A DNA stretch of 63,990 bases, counting the filler, from Lenisia limosa (lineage: Eukaryota > Protista > Breviatea): NCBI GenBank assembly GCA_001655205.1. It is 16 parts of 16 records of this genome, joined end to end, with 100 filler letters (N's around TTAATTAATTAA, not from the genome) between each part and the next. Parts side by side here need not be neighbours in the genome. Positions count along the whole stretch, not along the records: positions 50,182 to 53,985 come from LPNZ01007881.1; positions 54,086 to 55,832 come from LPNZ01010278.1; positions 55,933 to 57,575 come from LPNZ01002214.1; positions 57,676 to 62,657 come from LPNZ01008334.1; positions 62,758 to 63,990 come from LPNZ01003917.1; 11 more parts are not named here. The stretch is one strand, 5' to 3'. Below the pieces are notes generated by a model. That model saw nothing but the letters and a program-made list of their open reading frames with translations, searched no databases and had not been told where the DNA came from. A program made the position numbers and the translations under genes. Shown piece by piece: positions 50,328-62,847 of the stretch. The stretch's first letter is position 1; every line of letters starts with the position of its first letter.

Positions 50328-53300
50328 TGTCACCATAGACAACCTTGTCATTAAGTATGTACACGAGGGAGTGACGGTCAAGCTGGTTATCAAGAGTTTT
50401 TCGCTCACTCCTGCCAATGCGGAGTGGAAAACTGCGTTCATGGTACTGTCTTTTTTGTTTTTTAATAGTTTTTGAACTATGACAAGGGAAACAAGATACG
50501 AATTTAGGACCATAAGTCTAGGGGGAAGCTTGATGAGGGCCTTCAATTTAGCCATTGATAATAAGTTTTTGGAGGGAATATTTTCACAAATTTGATTTTA
50601 TTTCCTTTTTAGAAACACATTTTTCTATTCATGTCTTTTTTAGGAAGCCTATTGTTTATTTAATTTAATTTTAAGGAAACCGAGGGAATTGGTCGCCTTC
50701 TCCGCCGCCATATCAGAATTTCGGACATTTCCGTTCTTCTTGACAGAAATGACGACAGTGAGTCAGTAGCCACCCAGCCCTTGATTGCCCGGACCGAAGT
50801 GGGTGGTTCTCGAATATTCTTATGTTGGTTTTGCTCTTCTTACATCATTTTACTGATATAACTTCATCTTCTAACATGATCTTCTAACATTATTAACTTC
50901 GTAGTTGAACCTGTTTATTTCGGCTTATATGGACCCTTTGGCGCTGAATACTCCGAAGCAGCCTAGACAACAGACAAAACTGGGTAGGAGAAGAAAGAGA
51001 TGAGCTCTTGGGGAGGGGTGGTACTTGGGGAGACTTTTCATGCTTGAAATTGACATTATTGAACAAAAATGGCGACACAACGATTTTATTAATATTTAGA
51101 ACCTGGGGTATCGGCCCTCAACTCAGATGGCCACGCAGCTCACCTGGATTTCCCCTCCATTGAGTTTCCCACTGTTCCGACTGTAAATGGGGGGGGGGGG
51201 CTTTATCTGTTATCNNNNNNNNNNNNNNNNNNNNNNNNNNNNNNNNNNNNNNNNNNNNNNNNNNNNNNNNNNNNNNNNNNNNNNNNNNNNTTAGTCAGAA
51301 ATTTTGAGATTATGGCTTTTTTGAGCTGCCTTTTGTTTTTTTATTTGAGCAAAATATCAATTTTTATCTTGGGTTGCTTTAAGTAGAAAGAAAGAGAGAA
51401 CAAAATCAACCAGGATTGAGGGACTTGATCTCTTTAACTGCTTCAGACCCAAGCCTGCGTTGAGATCGATATTGTAATAAGAGATTTGCTGGTAAACCTG
51501 ACGGACCGTACGATGCCTCTTCTTGCAGTTGTTGTGGACTCCTTCACGACATCTCTTGAAAGTGGGTACAAGCTTGAGGATTGAACTAATATTGACACCC
51601 ATCCCCGCCCCACTGGAGTGATGGGATGGTGCTGNNNNNNNNNNNNNNNNNNNNNNNNNNNNNNNNNNNNNNNNNNNNNNNNNNNNNNNNNNNNNNNNNN
51701 NNNNNNNNNNNNNNNNNNNNNNNNNNNNNNNNNNNNNNNNNNNNNNNAAACGTCGCCCTCGCTGAAACAAAAAGTGGGGATGACTGCAGTAAAGTCTCTG
51801 TTGGAACTAGGATCATGGAGGCAGGGGATGATTGCAGTGAAGAAAAGGGGAAGGAGGAGTTGACTGATGAGTGATGCAGAATATTATGGTAAATGATTGG
51901 TAAAATATTGGGTCAGGATATGAACAAATACTGTTGACACAATATTAGACCAGAGCGAGTCCTGGATCGACTGGATCATCGGACCGGATGAACCGTCGGA
52001 ACTTCCGCTTCCCACGCTTCCTATATCCCGCCTCCGCGTCTTCCTCTCCAGCGCCGAAGTCAAAGTGGCCCATTCCGATGGTTAGGAGGGTCTGTATTCT
52101 ACATTAAAGCCTGGTATATTTCCAAAACCTGGCTCGGCCGTAAATGAGCGTAAATAATTTAGTGTAAACAAAGTAATGATGATATGACCAAACTCTTAGT
52201 TTAGTTCTAGTAAGTTTATGTTCGGATATCCGTGACAATTTTCTCAAACTCTAACCTGCTTTAAGTACCTATTAATTCGTTTCTAGAAGCCTTCCGCAGA
52301 GGGCGACTAACCATGACTGACACCCCCATCGCCACTGTTGGAGGGGTTTTATGAGACTGTGGACGGCTTTGGTTTGTTTTATGAGACTGTGGACGGCTTT
52401 GGTTTGTTTTATGATACTGTGGACGGCTTTGGTTTGTTTTATGATACTGTGACAGCTTTAGTTTGATACTTTACACGTTGTGTGTGGTGGTCAATCATCG
52501 TGTGTTTATCCGAGAGAGTTTAGCTTTGTTTCATAAATTTTCCAATTTTACCTTTGTTGTTATCAACCCTCGTGTGTTGTCAGCCAACAGAGTTGATTTT
52601 CGGCTTCTTTTTTTGCCCAAAAATTTTCTAATTTCACCCCCCCCCCCCNNNNNNNNNNNNNNNNNNNNNNNNNNNNNNNNNNNNNNNNNNNNNNNNNNNN
52701 NNNNNNNNNNNNNNNNNNNNNNNNNNNNNNNNCCTTCAGGGATGTGGACGGGTTGCCCTCTAACCCCCCGCCGGTTGCCGCATTGTCAGCCTCCGCAATC
52801 TCTCTCAGCCATCATTTTGTTCCGGTTTGTGCACCCCCAGAATCTGATATACATATGATATGTATATATTTTTTTTATTATTTTTGTGTTTATGGATACG
52901 CATTTGCAAATTGACTAACGCCTCTCCCCCCCTTATCTGGTTTTTGTCTCGTTTGAGCGTTGTTGTTTGCTTCACGCCAATATTCTTCATCGAAATTTCC
53001 TTCATTTACCCGCAGGTATCGTCATCGTCTCCTGCCTCGACGTTTGATTCCAACTTCATGTCCCTCCCAGGTATTATTACAGTTACTTTGGAAAGGAATA
53101 GGAGCTTAGCTTTATAGCTACACGCTTGACACATAATTGTGTGAACGTCAGTGTTAATTAGTCAAACTAACACTATCAACATGGTGGATTACGATTCTGA
53201 CAACTCAGCACTCAGTGTTTATCTTCGGTTCATCTGAATCCTTGTACCCCCCCAGGCCCAAGGGCTTTGTTTTGCTGTTATCAACCCTCGTGTGTTGTCG

Positions 53301-53452
53301 GCCAACAAAGTTGATTTGGGCTTTTTTTGTTTCAATAATTTTCCATTTTTACTCCCCCCCACCCCCCTCTTCACACTGAAGGCACCCCTGAGCCGCTGTC
53401 ATTTGCGGGGGCTTTCAGTCCAATCACACCCACTGAATCTCGACTTTCGGAG
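50328..53452 (+). CDS. VPS13B: VPS13B-like lipid-transfer protein, N-terminal chorein region (partial)
   Basis: VTIDNLVIKYVHEGVTVKLVIKSFSLTPANAEWKTAFM / ETEGIGRLLRRHIRISDISVLLDRN...QPLIART / EIDIVIRDLLVNLTDRTMPLL / SESWIDWII parallels the VPS13B N-terminus (IVINNLILKYVEDD...W..AFM...LRK.I.FSD.TV.LD). Confidence 0.72.
52346..52464 (+). repeat. Intronic tandem repeat, 30-nt unit x about 4
   Basis: gttttatga(g/t)actgtggacggctttggttt. Confidence 0.9.
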
Positions 53453-53643
53453 GTGGGAAGGGCTTCTTGGGACACTCGCTCTATTTTTGAGGAACTTAAT
53501 TTTCAAAATTTGAAATGAAAGTATTTGAATGGCGTTCTCTATACAGTATATCCTTCTTCCTATTATATTATTTTGTCAATTAATTACACATGATACACTT
53601 GTCTTTTCAGGCATTTGGGGTTTTTGGGGATTCAATTTGTGAT

Positions 53644-53745
53644 TAGGGCTTCACTTTGTTTCATATAAAAAGGCTGAATTTCTTGATAAATCCTCGAAAA
53701 CTATCGATATTTTACCGGACTTTTTCGAACCGAAGTGAAGCCATA
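53644..53745. mobile_element. MITE family A copy
   Basis: TIRs as above with an exact 8-bp TSD tttgtgat (53636-53643 and 53746-53753). Confidence 0.9.
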
Positions 53746-54244
53746 TTTGTGATAAGTACTTTCAGCCATTATTCATCATCAATTCTTTTGTATTGCCCCC
53801 TCTCCTCCCTCCTCACCACCATTTGATGGAATGCGGTGCTTCAGACGAGTGGCCTGGGCTTTGTTTGTTTTGTTGCTTTCAACCCTCGTGTGTTTCTAGT
53901 GATTGTTTTTTTTTCATAAGTTTTCCAAATTCACCCAACAGAGTTGAGTTTGGGCTTTTTTTTGTTTCATCAATTTTTCAATATCNNNNNNNNNNNNNNN
54001 NNNNNNNNNNNNNNNNNNNNNNNNNNNNNTTAATTAATTAANNNNNNNNNNNNNNNNNNNNNNNNNNNNNNNNNNNNNNNNNNNNCCCTGTCCATCCCCG
54101 ACACCAGCACGCCGTCACCCCTCCCACCGCCGCCCGGGGCCCACAATCGCACCCTCTCGGGCCCCCTCAGCCCAATGACTCCTAACACCAGGCAGAGCTT
54201 AAGTGGGTCATCCCTAATCCCTTTAATTTTCGATTCTTCATCTT

Positions 54245-54366
54245 AATCATTTAAGTTGCATCCCTTGATAGTTGTAATAATTTAAGTTGCATCCCTTTGA
54301 TAGTTGAAATCATTTTAAGTTGCATCCCTTTGAGAGATGTAATCGTTTATGTTGCATCCCTTTGAT
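54245..54366 (+). repeat. Tandem minisatellite, about 32-nt unit x4
   Basis: aatcatttaagttgcatccctttgatagttg and variants. Confidence 0.85.
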
Positions 54367-56221
54367 CTTTAAATAATGAGAACAGAAGACACGGAGCTTT
54401 ATATGAATAAGCACAGCTGACATCACAGCTCGTTCTATCCATCAGGGTTGACCTTTCAGGTGCCAGCATGATGGGCACGCGACCGCTCCCTATTCCGATC
54501 TCCATTGAGCAGATGGGCCGTTCGCAGTCGCAAGGCTCGCTGCACCTTGGTGGGCAACTACGCTGCAAGGTGTTTATTCTCGATTGTTGGATTGATTGGA
54601 CTTCTGGGGATGTTAGCCAAAGCTTCTCCCAATAGGCCAACCATTTTGTGGAAATACTTCACTATTCGCGTCTATAAAGGAGCGAATTAAGCTGTGGTCA
54701 AACCTACATAACGTTTTATTGTCCCTTGTCTTTTTTTATTATTATTCCTGTAAGCTCTCACTCATGCTCTAGGTGGAGGGTCTCTTCTAGATATTTAATC
54801 TTCGTTTTTTTTTCTCTGATCTGATTTGTTTGTTTTTTTTCGTTTTATGTATTTCCTGGTATCGGTATTCTTCGCTTTCTCATGCCTTTTAGGCAAGCCG
54901 GGAACAGAAAAAGACTTGAGGCAATGGGCGCACAAGGCGTGTAACAAGAGGGAGGCACAGGCCAAGGCCAAATATGTGCGACGTTAGAGGGGGGAGGGGG
55001 CTCTTATCAGACTAGGAACGTGGGGTATACTTGCATGGTCACTGAAAAACCTGCTTATACGATTGAAACAATAAAAAGGAATGGTGAACTAAGGAGTAAT
55101 GAGACGACCCCCCAGGTTGTAAGCCACAGTTTCCCCCCCCNNNNNNNNNNNNNNNNNNNNNNNNNNNNNNNNNNNNNNNNNNNNNNNNNNNNNNNNNNNN
55201 NNNNNNNNNNNNNNNNNNNNNNNNNNNNNNNNNNGGAGCGGTAACCGTGTTGTTAACGCCATAATGAATCGTGTGCGTGAAGGAGACCCGCCCACACAGG
55301 TCCGTGTTGAATACCATGTGTAGTTTGACATGTTTTGGAACCTGGCTTCTGTCTGGATGAGAAATAGTTAAAGTGTACCCCTTAATACCAATGGATATAA
55401 TTTTGCATTCCTCAAGAAATTAACGATATCGTTCATCTTCATATTCAAGTTTGCATTTATGACACCCCATCGAACAAAACTGAGGGCGCTTCTCCTAAGC
55501 AACCTCACCAGCCTCATAGACTAGGGGATCTCTCCACCGAGACCTAGTCCTGCTATTGAGCCACTTATAATCTGTTCTCCTTTGAGGACGTTATCAATAT
55601 TTACGATAATATTTTTCGATAAAGCCATTGATGTCTGCAATTCTAACTCTCTGGTACCTCCTGAATCTGTGGCATAAGACGGATTTAGGAGGGCCAACCA
55701 GGGGCTGTTGTCCTTATTCGTGAATCTAATCCTTGTAGGTATGCTGGGGAGGCTCGCAGAAAGCTGTGTGCACAGAGCTGTTAGGCAAATGATTGGGTGA
55801 ATTTATATTATACTATAAGTGCAATATCTCTTNNNNNNNNNNNNNNNNNNNNNNNNNNNNNNNNNNNNNNNNNNNNTTAATTAATTAANNNNNNNNNNNN
55901 NNNNNNNNNNNNNNNNNNNNNNNNNNNNNNNNTGACCACAAGGACCAAATACCCCACCCTAGCTTCTTGAACCGAAAGCGAAGCGCTTGTTTACATATTA
56001 TTTATGTATACATACTATATTACATAAACACAATACAGTACCCCACGCTTGATTTATACAAATACAACACCTCACGCTAACGGCTCAGCCGCCACCTCTC
56101 AGTCAGGCCACAAACGAACCGCCTCCTGCACCACCCCCAGGCCGGGTCAAGGGTTTGTGGGATAACCTCCTTTTATTGACAATCCCGTGAACCTTCTTTT
56201 TGACCTCCTTCACCTTACCCC

Positions 56222-57142
56222 AGAACCGCCAGTGGAAGCCGTGCCGCTCAAACGCGGGCCTGACTCTCGGACCAGCAAGCTCATCCAGTTTGAGAATGCT
56301 AGGAAACCGAAACGGCAGAAGTTTGAGGTTAGGGGGTATTGGTGGTGTTTTGCGGGGATATGAAGCGCCAAGATTCCTCATGTCAAAGGGCATGATATTT
56401 GAGACCGCTGGCCTGCCTAATAGCGCTATGGTCAACCCTAAGAAACCACCGAGGTTGGCTTGTAATGCAGGGGCATATCATGTCGTATGGAGTGTAGTAG
56501 TACTATCATCATAAGTAATCACATAATCGGCTAGATACTATTTTTATTCTCCACATATGATATACAAATATAATGATAATATGCATTTTATATTATGATG
56601 AGTATGAAGTTACATACTTTGTGATTTATGAACACGTCATGGGAAAGTACCATATAAAAAAATAAACTCTAGTATGGTATCTATTTGGTCCTACAAATTC
56701 CTATCACCCCAACTTGCTAACTCACAGGAGACATACACCGCGAAAGAAGATGGTCACCAACCCTTACTCGTTTGTCGACTACACCAGCAACACCCCCCAG
56801 GTACGTTGAGACTCCTTTTCCATTTCGCATTTCTACCTGTTTAGCACTTATACAGATTACAGATGAACCTTTGGTTTCAAATGAGGAGAAAAATAGTTGT
56901 TGAGAGTCTTTCATTTTTGATATTTTGAAAATCGCCCTATTTCCACGCAACCTCAATAAAATTGCGAAGAATATCGGTTTTTTGAGGATTTAACACCAAA
57001 AATTTTGAGGATTGATGGGGATCCCCCTCTAACACCGCCAGGTGACCCGTCCACGCGAACCACGCAACATGCCGCGTGTGTGCGCGTGGTGCTCCTCTAC
57101 TGAGAGCCCAGAGTGGCGGCGCGGGCCTAATGGGCCGAAAAC
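56222..57142 (+). CDS. GATA-type zinc-finger transcription factor (partial)
   Basis: The last visible exon reads VTRPREPRNMPRVCAWCSSTESPEWRRGPNGPKT| (CxxC...PEWRRGPxGPKT). The second half of the finger is not visible before the gap. Confidence 0.75.
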
Positions 57143-57675
57143 GTGGGGAGGGGGCAATGGTCTGTTGCTGATAATGATGATCGATGAAGATGTTGGTGAT
57201 GGTGACAATGATGGATGATAATGTGAGATGAAAATGACGATGAGAAGATGATATTATTAATAATATTCATAACAATGAAGTACTTCATTGAATAAGAAGG
57301 ATATGTCATGTATACATATATATGCTGCTGCACCAAAACCGTGTCATTAATTCAGAAACCGTGTCATTAATTATTTTTGTGAATTTTGCTTTCGTAGAAC
57401 CTAACAGTTGGTTTATAATGACACAAAAATACTTTATTCTCTCGTTGGGCACTCAACAGGACATTAAGGATTCAATTAATACTACATTACAAAATTTTAC
57501 TTGGCCCTTTTCAATTTTTTTTTTCATTTTGGTGACCTTCTCTGCTGTTGGGCTGAGTAGACCACCTCGATTAACNNNNNNNNNNNNNNNNNNNNNNNNN
57601 NNNNNNNNNNNNNNNNNNNTTAATTAATTAANNNNNNNNNNNNNNNNNNNNNNNNNNNNNNNNNNNNNNNNNNNN

Positions 57676-57770
57676 ATTGCGTCGTACTCTGCTCCGTCCT
57701 TCAAGGACAAAATTCGACGAACCCGTACCGCTCTTCTCAAGAACACCGTGGCTGAGTTTGGCCCTAAATA
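57676..57770 (+). CDS. C-terminal exon of an unknown gene
   Basis: IASYSAPSFKDKIRRTRTALLKNTVAEFGPK*. Confidence 0.45.
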
Positions 57771-58521
57771 GTCCCGGCACGGGGTGTGTATCGTTTCAAG
57801 GGGTGTTAGTGCTGTATTTATGTTGTTTCTATATATTCTACTTTTTCCGTCTGTTGGTTGTTTCAGACTACTTTTTCCTGTTTGTTATCCTGATATCATC
57901 CACTATATTCATGTAGATGTGACNNNNNNNNNNNNNNNNNNNNNNNNNNNNNNNNNNNNNNNNNNNNNNNNNNNNNNNNNNNNNNNNNNNNTAAAGTAAT
58001 CCAATCTCATTTAAATATGAGCTCGCCAATTCATGTATCAGAAAGAAGATTGGGGACACGACTCTTTTTATAAACATCACATTAAATGTTGTTAAATTAA
58101 AGTCATTTATACGTTTTATGAAAAAATGGCTCGAAGCAGGGCTAATTGTAGTTTACAAAAGACTGACAAACTTGGACCATTAGGGTGTTCAACTGTAAGA
58201 GAAGTCCCGTTTGTCATTGTCTTAGAAATCTGATTTGACCAATTTATACGCCAATTTCAAAATGATCACAACATCAAGAGAAATTTTGGTGCTACCAAAG
58301 ATCAAAACCTCCAAGGAACCACAGGACTCTGAAGTGATTAGAAAATTTGGGGTGTTATTCCTTGAAACAATGGACATGATATGGACTACTCAAGATAAAC
58401 TAATGGCTGGTATAATGGTTTGTCATTTCAGATTACGTTTATTGGGGCACAATATTTTTGAAAAATTCCATCTTGAGATTAAACAGTATACACTTCTTTA
58501 TTGTATTTTCCGCATACCGAT

Positions 58522-59483
58522 TTCGCCCATTCAGGGGACTGTAGCCTGCTAAACAGTCTAATCGGGTTTGATACCCTTTCGGGCTCCGGGGTGTTATAGT
58601 CCGTCTCAAGGATCTTCTTCGCGTTTTCGCCAGATTGCTGGATCTGTAAGTGCACTCGAAGTTGAAAATCTTAGTCAATTATGATCGTAATACTGTTTAA
58701 AAATTATTTGATAGTAGTTATTCTGGCTTACATTTTTCCACTTCTTGGCAAGTAAAGCCCTTTGTGACAATTGTTCTCTTCTCCTGATTGGTCATTGGAA
58801 ATAATCGAAGGACAACCAGATTATTTAAAAATTATTTACTCCCAGAATTAAATAAGTATAATTTATTTCTTCTAACTTTTTAATAGGGGGAGAAATAGAC
58901 TTGTCCTTCAAAACAGGGCTCTTCTTTGGTGCAGTTTCCTTCTGATGGCTCTTTTTTGTCTTCTAAATACCAAGGTCAATTTGGTAGCGTCTGATTGATT
59001 ACAGCAATATGCAAAAAATTTTGGAATATTGTTGATTGTAGTCTTCAATAGATGGCTTTAAACAAACACAAAGTTCAAAGAAATGAATTATAGTGTACAT
59101 ACCGGCTTGGGCTTGACGTTTCTGTCACAGTCATCAACCTCATGGAAGACGTCTCTGGTGGGTGTCGGGCATGAAGTACGCTGTTTTCCATGTGTAAATG
59201 TCACTACATCCGCTTTCTAAGAAATTGAGACGAATATAGCCTTTTAACATGAAGCAAAAAAGCTTACAGTGACTGAGGAGACGCACAAGTCGGGGTCTTC
59301 ACTGTAATCTTCATGCTCTTCATTTTCAACTGGCATAGCAGACACTTCCTTGATTTCCACGGGGCTCTTCTTTGGTTGAATCTTAAGCGCTTCTTCGAAC
59401 TTTAAGCTGCCTTCTTTCATCTCCTTCGTGACCTTCTTGGTTGCCATGAAGGACCGTTTCTTGTTGCTTCCGTATTTCTTCAT
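58522..59483 (-). CDS. Hypothetical charged/low-complexity protein (5' exons)
   Basis: MKKYGSNKKRSF...EDYSEDPD|gtgcgt, KADVVTFTHGKQR...KPKP|gtatgt and IQQSGENAKKILE...WAKS|gtatgc. Confidence 0.55.
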
Positions 59484-59747
59484 TGTGATCGCTGACAGAG
59501 GGTTGCTCAAATTTTATTCGTTCACCTTCTTATATAAATTTAAGTTCAATGTCTGTGAATATTTAATGGAAAGAAGAGCGTGGAAACAAAGAGTTTCAGA
59601 AATCTGCCAAGAAAAAATATCTAAATCCATCCACGGTTGCTTATCAATTTTTTTTATTAAAAAAAATAATCAGCTTAGCATCAAATAACAGAGTCTATAG
59701 TTACTTGCATTATCTATTAAGGTCTTTTAGCTGCTTTAGTTCGAAAA

Positions 59748-62157
59748 ATGTCTAACGTGAGTGCCGCACATGGAGATCTAGGGTAGTTCTAACTGGTTTT
59801 AGGTGGAGGTTGAACTTCCTAACCCCCCTGAAGATGGAATTAGCAACCTTTGTTTTGCTCCTGATTCTAACTTGCTCGCTGTGAGTTCCTGGGACAAGGT
59901 AAGTGGGCTTTTGGCAAGCTTTCAGCAGTAATTTGCCCTAATCCCCACAGACAATCCGCGTCTACGATTGCGACACCAACACTCTTCGTTTCAGAGCATC
60001 ACACAAGGCTGCGGTTCTTGATTGCGTTTTTGGAGACCGTGGAACCGTCTTTGCTGCCGGCCTCGACGGAGATGTCAAGATGTGGGTTCTCCTTTTTCGC
60101 TTTCCTGTGTTCTGAGTTCTCCTGACCCTCTTCCAGGCATCATTACGACCAAAACACAGATCGTGTGCTTGGTTCCCACTCACAAGGCGTATCTTGCATG
60201 GGTTACTCACAGACTCTTGGTGGGAAGTGATCTTTCGCATGTCCTTATTTTTGACATTCTTCTCCTCTCTCTGGGGCTTTTTCTCAGCTTTTTCTATTTT
60301 CTTCTGCTCGCATTTTCCATGTTCTTCGTTATTTTGTTGAGGTGGGACCAATCATTGAGGAATGATCACTCTAACTGTGTTTTGCCCCCCCCCCCCTTTT
60401 TTTTTTGTTTTNNNNNNNNNNNNNNNNNNNNNNNNNNNNNNNNNNNNNNNNNNNNNNNNNNNNNNNNNNNNNNNNNNNNNNNNNNNNNNNNNNTCATTTT
60501 CCAAGAATACGTTCATATTCAATATATACCATGCCCACTCGGATGATAATTGGCCAATAAGTGTAATGAGGACCCTCATGCCATCTTTCATCATATTGAC
60601 CTGAACTGTTTATTTATATGAACATGTTCTGTGTTCTCGGTATTTCTCATATTATCATAATCCTCATTTATCATATTATCATAAACCGTATTTCTGATCC
60701 CAATAGGCCAGCTTGTTACTGGGTCCTATGACCACACCATCAAAATCTGGGACACCCGTCAGTTCCAACTCCTGAACACTCTCACCCTCCAGGAGAAGGT
60801 ATGGCCTTTGTTGAGTTGTGTTCAATTCTTCGTTTCCCTACGTTTTGTTTTTATTATTATTCTTTCATTCTACTCAATCTGTTGTATTACAGCAACCCCC
60901 CCCCCACCATCACCAATTGTACATTCATATTTTAACCTCCCTTGTCTTATGGATAGAATATTTGGAGATATAAGGGTTATGTGTTATGGCTAGGGCTCCA
61001 CTCTAGTCTGACAAAGACTGGCAAAAACATGATCCCCTACTTCCCTACTGTCCGAAAAAGACCGTCAAAATATCGATATTTATCAATGATTTTCGAAACA
61101 TTCAGTCTTTTTAGGGACCGTAGGGAAGCCCTCATACCATAGTGACCTTGATTAGTCTTGACCGATTATTCAGAAGGAAATCTGATAAACATCGTTCAAG
61201 ATTTTGTTGTTATCAACCCTCGTGTGTTGTCAACAGAGTTGATTTTGGGCTTTGTTTTACAATTCCAATTCCCCCCCACCCCAGTGTTTTTTTTTCTTTT
61301 TTTCGCTCTTTTGTTTCATATTTCAAAAACAGTATTTTACTCCCCAGGTTTGGTATCTCGACGTCAGGGACACCCAGCTTGTTGTGGCCACTGCCGGAAA
61401 GAAAATCCATGTCTATGACTTGAGGACTCCTCAGGTGCCAATCCAGGTTTGTCGCGTGCAGTATCCTTGAGCACTTTCGGTTCTAACATCAATTTAATTC
61501 CCGATAACTCTCCGTTAATATCGATATTTCACATGACTTTTGTGACCGAAAGGAAGCTATTGTATCCAGAGATCTTTGAGAGCAGGAATAAAAAAATAGT
61601 AAAAGAAATACCACAAGAACAAATAAACATTACTCTCGCCAAGGACTGTGGTGAACGATGGACTGAAGGCAAAAATATCGAGATTCATCTTTCCCGTTAA
61701 ATCTAAATAATAGCAATTTCCATTTCCGACTTTTGAGGAAAAGAATGTAGATATCAATTAATTGAAGGATGAAAAATACAAATAATAATACATTCTTTCT
61801 ATTATTTAGATTTAACTTTTTCGTTTTTTTTTTTGAATGAGAAATCACCGGNNNNNNNNNNNNNNNNNNNNNNNNNNNNNNNNNNNNNNNNNNNNNNNNN
61901 NNNNNNNNNNNNNNNNNNNNNNNNNNNNNNNNNNNNNNNNNNNNNNNNNNNNNNNNNNNNNNNNNNNNNNNNNNNNNNNNNNNNNNNNNNNNNNNNNNNN
62001 NNNNNNNNNNNNNNNNNNNNNNNNNNTCTTTTTTGTTTCTTTTTTTTGTTTTTGTTTTACTTTCCCAGCCTATGGTGTGAGTTCCATTGAGGGCAGAGCC
62101 GCAATTGAATTCTTCTCTCCTGACCCGGCCGCCCAGAAGAAACGCATCACATTCAAG
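59748..62157 (+). CDS. BUB3: Spindle checkpoint WD40 protein BUB3 (3' end lost)
   Basis: MSNVEVELPNPPEDGISNLCF...LAVSSWDKTIRVYD...HKAAVLDC...LVTGSYDHTIKIWD...LVVATAGKKIHVYDLR...SSIEGRAAIEFFSPDPAAQKKRITFK. The paralog RAE1 is less likely given the EF.DP.P..QKK motif. Confidence 0.85.
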
Positions 62158-62847
62158 GTTGGTGCTTTTTCTTTTTAGATGGAGCTATCAATACCCCTTC
62201 CCCTTTCATATGNNNNNNNNNNNNNNNNNNNNNNNNNNNNNNNNNNNNNNNNNNNNNNNNNNNNNNNNNNNNNNNNNNNNNNNNNNNNNNNNNNNNNNNN
62301 NNNNNNNNNNNNNNNNNNNNNNNNNNNNNNNNNNNNNNNNNNNNNNNNNNNNNNNNNNNNNNNNNNNNNNNNNNNNNNNNNNNNNNNNNNNNNNNNNNNN
62401 NNNNTCTGTTTTGATGTTTTTAATCTCTCGGTTGTTGCAAGCTAAAAATAAGTTTATTTGAGCTTTTATGTTTTTTTTGGTTCATAAATTTTCCAATTTT
62501 TCGTATACTGAAGATGGGATGTGGTGCTGTCACAGAGTTGTTGTTTCATAAATTTTCCAATTTCAAATTATTCTTTTCGTGATTAGGAACTTTACGCCAT
62601 TATTATTCTTCATCGAATTTCCTTCATTTTACTCCCCTCCCCTCACCCCCCGTAGTGNNNNNNNNNNNNNNNNNNNNNNNNNNNNNNNNNNNNNNNNNNN
62701 NTTAATTAATTAANNNNNNNNNNNNNNNNNNNNNNNNNNNNNNNNNNNNNNNNNNNNGTCCCTTCATTCCTCATGTATTGTTTGCCAACACAGTTGATTT
62801 GGGCATTTTTTGTTTCGCAAATTTCCAATTGTACCCCCACCCCCCAG

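Noticed and set aside
54245-54366. CRISPR-like repeat array
   Set aside because: The units are contiguous, the inter-core segments are themselves similar and short, the context is eukaryotic intronic sequence and no cas genes are present.
55400-55730. Possible degraded retrotransposon coding fragment
   Set aside because: No RT, integrase or endonuclease motif could be read in any frame.
5363-62713. Fifteen regularly recurring TTAATTAATTAA (PacI-like) motifs
   Set aside because: Each is centred in N padding (44 N on each side where counted) and has stops in all frames. This is an assembly spacer, not biology. Gene neighbourhoods across these points were not interpreted.
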